Assembly (NCBI RefSeq): GCF_035084215.1
Contig: NC_090361.1
Location: 2,108,001 to 2,172,000, forward strand
Length of the DNA stretch: 64,000 bases
DNA from: Heptranchias perlo
Lineage: Eukaryota
Reading direction: 5' to 3'
Shown: positions 58,920 through 64,000 of the stretch, one piece after another
How positions within the stretch are numbered: position 1 is the first letter of the stretch
How the letters are laid out: every line of letters starts with the position of its first letter
Program-made: the position numbers and the translations under genes
Notes under the pieces: generated by a model
What the model was told of the DNA's origin: nothing
The model's input: only the letters and a program-made list of their open reading frames with translations
Database searches by the model: none

Positions 58920-59865
58920 CAGAATCATCGAATGATGCAGAGCAGAAGGAGGCCATTCGGTCCATCGAGTCTGTGCTGGCTCTTTGGAAGAGCTATCCAA
59001 TTAGTCCCGCTGCCCCGCTCTTTTCCCACTGCCCCGCAAATGTTTTGCTTCATGTATTTATCCAGTTCTCTTTTGAAAGTTGCTGTTGAATCTGCTTCCG
59101 CCGCCCTTTCAGGCAGTGCATGCCTGATCCTCACAACTCCTCGTGTGGCCACTGGTTCTTTTGCCAATCATCTGAAATCTGTGTCCTCTGTTTACCGACA
59201 CTTCTGCCACTGGAAACAGTTTCTCCTTTTATACTCTGTCAAAACCGTTCATGATTTTGAACACCCTCATCCCTGGCACCATTCTGCACCCTCTCTAAGG
59301 CCTTGACATTCTTCCTTAAGAATTGAACACAATACTCCTGATTAGGCCTAATCAGTATTTCATAAAGGTTTAGCATAACTTCCTTGCTTTTGTACTGTAT
59401 GCATCTTAAAGAAAAGGGATCCAGTATGCCTTTTTAACAGCCATCTCAATTTGTCCAGCCCCCTTCAAAGATTTGTATACATACACCCTCAGGTCTTTCT
59501 GTTCCTGCACCCCCTTTAAAATCGTACCATTTAGTTTACATTGCCTCTTCTCATTCTTCCGACCAAAATGAATCGCTTCACACTTGTCTGTGTTAAATTT
59601 CATCTGCCATGTGTCTGCCCATTTCACCCAAGTCCTGGTCATTTATATATATAAAAAAGAGCAGTGGTTCCAATACCGACCCCTGAGGACCACCACTGTA
59701 TACTTCCCTCCAGCCTGAAAAACCACCATTCACCACTACTCTCTGCTTTCTGTCCCTTAGCCAATTTTGTATCCACGAAGCCACTGCCCCTTTAATCCCA
59801 TGGGCTTCAATTTTGCTCACAAGTCTATTATGTCGTACTTTATCAAACACCTTTTGAAAGTCCAT
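58920..59865 (-). mobile_element. Degenerate CR1 fragment
   Basis: MDFQKVFDKV..WIQNWLRDRKQRVVVNG..PQGSVL and WQMKFN.DKCE..HFG. Confidence 0.85.
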
Positions 59866-60140
59866 GGAGGGATATGGGGCAGGGTGGGAAGAGATACTTC
59901 GAGTGGGAGTGGTCTCCTGTGGAGTATAAACACCGGCATAGACCAGTTGAGCCAAATAGCCTGGTTCTGTGCTGTAGATTTGATACAAATCCCCCAGAGC
60001 AAAGGAGGACATTCCCGAGATCCTTTTGTCTTCTCTTCTGTTAATTCCTACTGCAGTATTGGACACTTTCTGTTGCCTCTAGCCCAAGTGGCTGATTGAG
60101 ATGAGCCAGTGGACGAGGCTGTAGTTTACATTAGATGCCA

Positions 60141-61682
60141 TCAATCAATCTTTGAGCACTCTCCTTTTGAGACGGTACCAAAATTGACCCACCTAAACTG
60201 AAATAATGTCCGGGTTATTCCCCGTATCTGCCCGGTCAGATCTACGATGCAGCGAATTTCTTCCGGTGCCCTCTAATCCTGAAAGGCTTTGAGCAAACTG
60301 ACGGATGCCACCTACTCATATTCAACAACCCCGAGCGCATAGCAAAGCTCTGGACACAAGCATGCACCTGGAGAGATCATTCCCAACGATCTTATGCGTT
60401 CTGAACCTCACCAAGTGCCCATTCCAATGTGTAAGCCCAGGCCAGAGGCGTCCAATCATTTGGAGCAGTGTGCCAGATCGTTAATTACACCTGGTGTGTT
60501 GGCCTCTCATGATTAATTTGCTTTTGAGTCAGACAGAATCATGATTAAAAACCATATCCATGTCCCAATCTATTTTACACTTAGAAACATAGGAAAATAC
60601 AGGGCCAGAAAAGACTCTCCGGACCATTTGCCAGTCCCAAAAATTCATGCCTTTCAATACCTGGTAGTGACTAGCTACCAAAGTTAAAATCCCATAATAG
60701 CAAGTTGTGAAATTGAATTCAATAAAATCTGCTAATTTGTGGGCAGGCACCAAAAAAACAGCCGTGAAAACTGCTGAAATGTTGTGAAAACCCAACTGGT
60801 TCGTTGATGTCCTTCACGGAAGGGAACCTGCCACCACTACCAGATCTGACCGACATATTACATAGAATTTACAGCACAGAAACAGGCCATTCGGCCCAAC
60901 TGGTCCATGCTCCACCTGGGCCTCCTTCCACCCTGCTTAATCTCATCAGTATAACCTTCTATTCCTTTCTCCCTCATGTGTTTATCTAACTTCCCCTTAA
61001 ATGCATCTATGCTATTCGCCTCAACTACTCCTTGTGGTAACAAGTTCCACATTCTCATCACTCTCTGGGTAAATAACTCCTGAAATCATGAACTGTATTC
61101 ACATTCTGAACCAATCATAACAGTCTTTTAAACTCTCCTCCCTTGCACCAACATTTCAGGTCAGTTATGTAGTCTTTGCTGCAACTAGTTCCTGATAATT
61201 ACTGCTACATAATAAAAAAACATGAACATGTCACCCACTGTTGTCAGTTAGTACAAAATGTACACATCAGACAGCCAAGCTTCCTCCACTTTGAACGCCC
61301 AACTGCCATGTGATATCCCAGCGCAGTAAATCCATATCATGGGGGCACACAGAAACCTATCAGAGGATTACTCACAGAAAAAAAGCCATTATGTTGTCTC
61401 AATTTTAAAAATTATAATTTAATTTATTTACATCTCACATTAACTGACTGTACACTGAGATAAATGGGATTTGATGATGTACAGAATAGTAAGCCAGTTG
61501 AATATGAGCAGGTGGCACCCATCAGTTTGCTCAAAGCCTTTCAGGACCAGTGGACACCCGAAGAGATTCACTGCATTGTAGATCCGGCGGGGAAGATACG
61601 GGGAACAACCTGGACATTATTTCAGATTTGGTGGGTCAATTTTGGCACCGCCCCAAAAGGAGAGTGCTCAAAGATTGATTGA
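60141..61682. repeat. 186-bp inverted repeat pair (60141-60326 / 61497-61682)
   Basis: Manual alignment: 164/186 identical, no indels. Confidence 0.9.
60860..61075 (-). mobile_element. CR1 3' end fragment
   Basis: RMWNLLPQGVVEANSIDAFKGKLDKHM plus 3'UTR. Confidence 0.75.
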
Positions 61683-64000
61683 CAGCTCGTAAAAATAGTG
61701 GATCAGTTATTACTTCAAGATCCCCTTTTTTATCTGATAAAGCATTCTGCATCTTTGATAAATTCTTACCAACACTCCTCGCAATTCAGAGGCTTTATGG
61801 AAAATGTCACAATTAAAGATTAAATAAAAGGGTAAAATATACAACAGCCTTATGTCAAGTTAAATCATTGTTGCGGGGTGGGGGGTGGTGAGACACACAC
61901 AGGGAATAACATTTCTACTGAGTCACCCATCAGGAGCATAAAATCAGGAAATTGCACAATCCCAGTCCATGATTTTCTGTCCATTGGACTTACCAGATGC
62001 AGAATCACTGTCTGGGAGTGCTCAGTTCCCTAACACGCACTACGGCCAGCAGCTAGCACAGCAGAATCTTTACAAACTGTACGTGTGTAGTTGATTCTGA
62101 ATGTCCTCTGAAGTGGCCTAGCCAGCAACTGCAGGTGCACATTGTGTTAGGATAACTAATGCCAGAGGGGGATATCGGGGCAGGGTGATGCTCAGTTGGT
62201 AGCACTCTCGCCTCTGACTTGAGCACATAATCTAGGCTGACACGCCCAGTGCAGCCAACATTTATCCATCGACCAGTACCAACAAAATAGATTATCTGGT
62301 CATTCATTAATTTACTGTTTCTGGGATCTTGCTGTGCACAATTTGGCTGTCACATTCACCTACATAATAATAGTGACTACATTTCAAAAGTAATTCATTG
62401 GCCGCGAACGCTTTGGGGCAACCTGAGGATATGGAAGGTACGAAAAATGCAAGTCTTTCTTTCTTTCTATCCTCACTTGTGGCAGCAGTATTTGCACACT
62501 CTGTGCACCATATGGTGCGTGCTCATTGTGGTTATACTGGCAGTACATAAAGGGTTAGAATTATGTCAACTCTGAACTTTATACAGCCTCGGGGTCCGAA
62601 AACCATTATGTTTATTTCAATTCAGGAGGCTAGTTTTAAAGAACAGTAAAATGATGTGAAAATGTTCTCACTGTTATCCTTATTTCCCACATCTGCATTT
62701 TCTTCCCTGTTGAGTAAATCCTCTGGGATAGGGACCGAGGGCAGCCCTCCAGCACCTCACCCAAATGGCCACAATTCACGTGTGAGTCGAGATAGTGAGC
62801 ATCGTCAGAGTGCACCACAAGGACTGCAAGGGTTCAAGGAGAAGGCCCAGCACCACCTTCTCAAGGGCAACTAGGGGATAGCCAATAAATGACGACCTTG
62901 TCAGCAACTCACACATCCCGATGAATGTTTTTTAAAAAATGCATTTTCCAACAGTGGTGATTTGGCGCCAATAAGAGAGAGCCCTGACTGAATTTACCTC
63001 CTTAGTCTGAGGCCAATTGTATTGGCTGAGATCAGCTAACTTCATGCAGATGAGATCAAACTTGGGACAACTTCTGGTCTGAATGACTCCGTTCCACCTT
63101 TACCAACTGAGCCATCGGGGAAACCACATCTTTGTTATTCTTCACTGTCCTCCATTGCGCACAGGTCAGAAAACAAGGAAAACCAGACAATGGAAGTGAA
63201 CAGTTTATTACTTTCGGAAAGAATCACAGAGATGCTGGGACATTACATGTCCTAAAAATATCTACAGCAAAATTAACAAAATAAAACATTGCAGAAAAAA
63301 GTGAATTTGCATTTGTGCCCAGTTCAGAACAGTGCAAAAGAATTATTTACATATAGTTCAAATAAAATGCATTTTTAATTCCGAGGCCCATTTTCCCTTA
63401 ATCATTGGTAACATAATTTAACATACAACAAAATTTGTGTCATTCTCTGCAGTAAATAAAAACCCCATTCTACAGTCCATCTTCAGCACTGCCACTCACC
63501 GAATCATTAGATGTTTGGTGAGATGTGCTGAACCCCTGCCCTAGTTGTGCAGCTAAAGTTATTTTTTAAATGTAAAAATGGATGAAACACACACGACCGC
63601 TTGCCAAAAGGACAGGGTGTAGCTCGAGGATCTTCAGCGTCCATTCAGAGTGGCAGATATTAGTTTTACACGTTAAAGGAAAGGAAACTGTGTGGTGAGG
63701 AGATGCCCACATCATCGAGCAAGGATTCTTTCCCCATTCGTTGGGTGTTATCAACCACAACGCAGGAGTGAAGCTGACTGAAGCACAACATTCATGGGCA
63801 AACAAACAGCGAAGGGCAAACGTGAGATCTCAAAGTCTGAACTGGGTTTGTTCCCACAACACGAGGACCACAGTTGCTGATTCCTGCCTGCCAGTCGGCA
63901 CGACCAGCCAGTGACTCAAACTCGAGGGAGGCGGGACTGGAGGGTTCACAATTGGGACTTAAACAGGCGAGTCTTTTTATTGTAAGATATGAATATTCTC

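Noticed and set aside
61464-61682. 72-aa ORF covering one arm of the inverted repeat
   Set aside because: The other arm has an in-frame TAG at the equivalent codon; no splice or homology support
61600-61682. snRNA gene suggested by Sm-like AATTTTGG
   Set aside because: No resemblance to recalled U1/U2/U4/U5/U11/U12/U4atac sequences; only four U residues

Overview
Vertebrate genomic DNA, most likely a cartilaginous fish (shark-type CR1, SacSINE1-like and Penelope repeats; inference). Three intron-containing genes lie in tandem on the minus strand. RAVER1 is complete (17 reconstructed coding exons, 58633->22865, ~873 aa). FDX2 is complete (5 exons, 17745->11977, 188 aa). FBXL12 shows its first two coding exons (6702->2579) and continues off the left edge. 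Introns and intergenic DNA carry young CR1 LINE copies, a Penelope-like element (RT + GIY-YIG) nested in an old CR1, hammerhead-ribozyme-bearing Penelope hairpins, old SINEs and several minisatellites. Most notable: three tandemly duplicated phase-0 paralogous exons in RAVER1; a RAVER2-like extra exon and extra PTB-binding motifs in RAVER1; a 100-bp hairpin with a hammerhead on each strand in FDX2 intron 2; inverted near-identical CR1 copies around RAVER1 exon 6; and an unexplained gap-free 186-bp inverted repeat upstream of RAVER1. Homology calls rest on recalled human sequences, not on searches. Coordinates of old repeats are approximate.
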